This document shows, piece by piece, positions 62,717 through 64,000 of a stretch of DNA of 64,000 bases; position 1 is the first letter of the stretch; each line of letters begins with the position of its first letter. This DNA comes from Marsupella aquatica. Lineage: Eukaryota; Plantae; Marchantiophyta. The position numbers and the translations under genes were made by a program. The notes under the pieces were generated by a model. That model made no database searches, had not been told where the DNA came from, and saw only the letters and a program-made list of their open reading frames with translations. The DNA lies in contig OZ316894.1 of the NCBI GenBank assembly GCA_973895155.1, positions 557,968 to 621,967 of the forward strand, given 5' to 3'.

Positions 62717-64000
62717 CGGCGGAGTAGGAATAGATTAGGATTAGGATTGGCTTAGTCAGGCTCTTGGGACAGGCACCTGCCTTAGGTACAGCAGCGCTGC
62801 CCTGCTGTCCAGCCTGCGTAGATTAGGATCTTCTAATAAGACACAGCCGTTTTCCGGCCTGACTGTCAGCTTAGTTAGGACCTTAGTCAGCGAATCTTTG
62901 GCGAGAGGGCACCCCGTTCCTCGGCTCTTAGTATTTAGTGCACCCCTCGGTAGAGGCAAGGGGGGGGTTTTTAGTTTCAGAGTCGGACATCCGCGGGACA
63001 TGCGGGGAGTCCCGACCTCTGGGAATGACAGAGTACCAAGGGGAGGGGGTAGGACTAAGCTCGCCGGGCGAGTGCGGAGCCGGGCTCCGTTGTAGTGTGC
63101 ACCCTTGGCCTTGAACCTGTGCATTCCAGGGCTGTCGTGTCAACTAAGTGTACGCATATGTTCCCTTTGTAGTAAAATCCTTTCCCATCATTTTTCCTTC
63201 GTGTAAATCGAGATTGTATGCATGTGTGCGCATATGTGTGTGGGTTTCTCGTATATGGGTGCAGCGCTGGGCCGAACACACTACCCGAGACGGGCACAGG
63301 GTGCAGCCTGCGGGTAAGTGGTTGCGAGCACGGGTTGAGGACCTGTATCATCGAATCCGGATCGAAGGCGGACAGCACGAAGGCTTAGAAGCCCTTAAGC
63401 CGGGGTCGATCCTGCTATCGACTAAGGTACGTTCCGGCAGCGGAACACAAACCATACCTAGGAGGTGTCCGTATTTAGCAGTATGCGCACTTAGCGCTAG
63501 TTTACGAGAATAAGGTGCATTACGTGCTTCCCTTCCTGCCCGAACCCTCAGATTTACGAGGGATGTGCCCGTCTAAGCTGAAGTCTGAGTTAAGGCCGAA
63601 GCCTACGACGTGACAGTAGACCCAAAATTAGGAGAACATCGAATTGACCTCATGTTAGGGGCCAAATCATTTTGACAACCAATTCGAGGGATGAACCCTA
63701 AGTATTCCCTGATAGTCAAAACTGAAATCGACAAGCTAGTGGAAGCCGGATTCATCACTCCAGCCCTACACTTAGACTGGGTGTCTCCAATTGTGATAGT
63801 TCCCAAGAAAGCTGGTAAACCCAAGATCCGGGTTTGTCAGGATTACAAGAAGTTAAATGAGGCTACGTTAAAAGACCATTTTCCTTTACCCTTTACTGAT
63901 ATGGTGCTAGACATGGTAGCCAGTCATGAACTATACTCATTCATGGATGGGTACTCTGGTTATAACCAAATCAGGATTAGGCACGACGACCAAATCAAGA

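Larger units (their letters stand above)
59626..63615 (+). mobile_element. Family B solo LTR (3990 bp)
   Basis: B termini; TSD GTAGA at 59621-59625 and 63616-63620. Confidence 0.96.
47425..64000 (+). mobile_element. Element A3: family A Ty3/gypsy element (5' LTR, PBS, gag-pro, start of pol) with two nested B solo LTRs; continues off the window
   Basis: LTR 47425-56087, PBS at 56092, and coding region colinear with A1. Confidence 0.93.
59075..64000 (+). pseudogene. pol: pol of A3 (N-terminal RT), interrupted by a B solo LTR
   Basis: DVFAWSHQDLKGVD|PKLGEHRIDL reads across the insertion; WVSPIVIVPKK and DYKKLNEATLKDHFPLP follow. Confidence 0.92.

Noticed and set aside
59626-63615. B unit as a DNA transposon or DIRS element with its own transposase
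   Set aside because: TG...CA ends, 5-bp TSDs and its position after integrase and PPT at 22245 identify it as an LTR; no DDE or tyrosine-recombinase motif was recognised.

Overview
Eukaryotic, most likely plant, repeat-rich DNA. About 85% is a nest of Ty3/gypsy LTR retrotransposons from three related LTR families, here called A, B and C. All junctions were resolved by eye from TG...CA ends and 5-bp target-site duplications. Families A (LTR ~4.7 kb) and B (LTR ~4.0 kb) each carry a long ORF inside the LTR; the two proteins share a homologous PMD/plant-transposon-protein-like domain followed by a coiled coil, and the 874-aa B ORF at 60092-62716 is intact. Six solo LTRs with matching TSDs are present (4 B, 1 A, 1 C; one B pair has a single mismatch). 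Family A has a conserved candidate -1 frameshift signal (slippery site plus pseudoknot) between protease and RT. All three LTR families share a small structured motif near their 3' end. The non-retroviral DNA (26638-47424, minus insertions) holds a degenerate FCP1/NIF phosphatase gene and an intron-containing pseudogene that fuses a ParB-like domain to a DNA amino-methyltransferase-like domain, flanked by arrays of a 25-bp palindrome. Domain calls come from motif recognition only; no database search was run.
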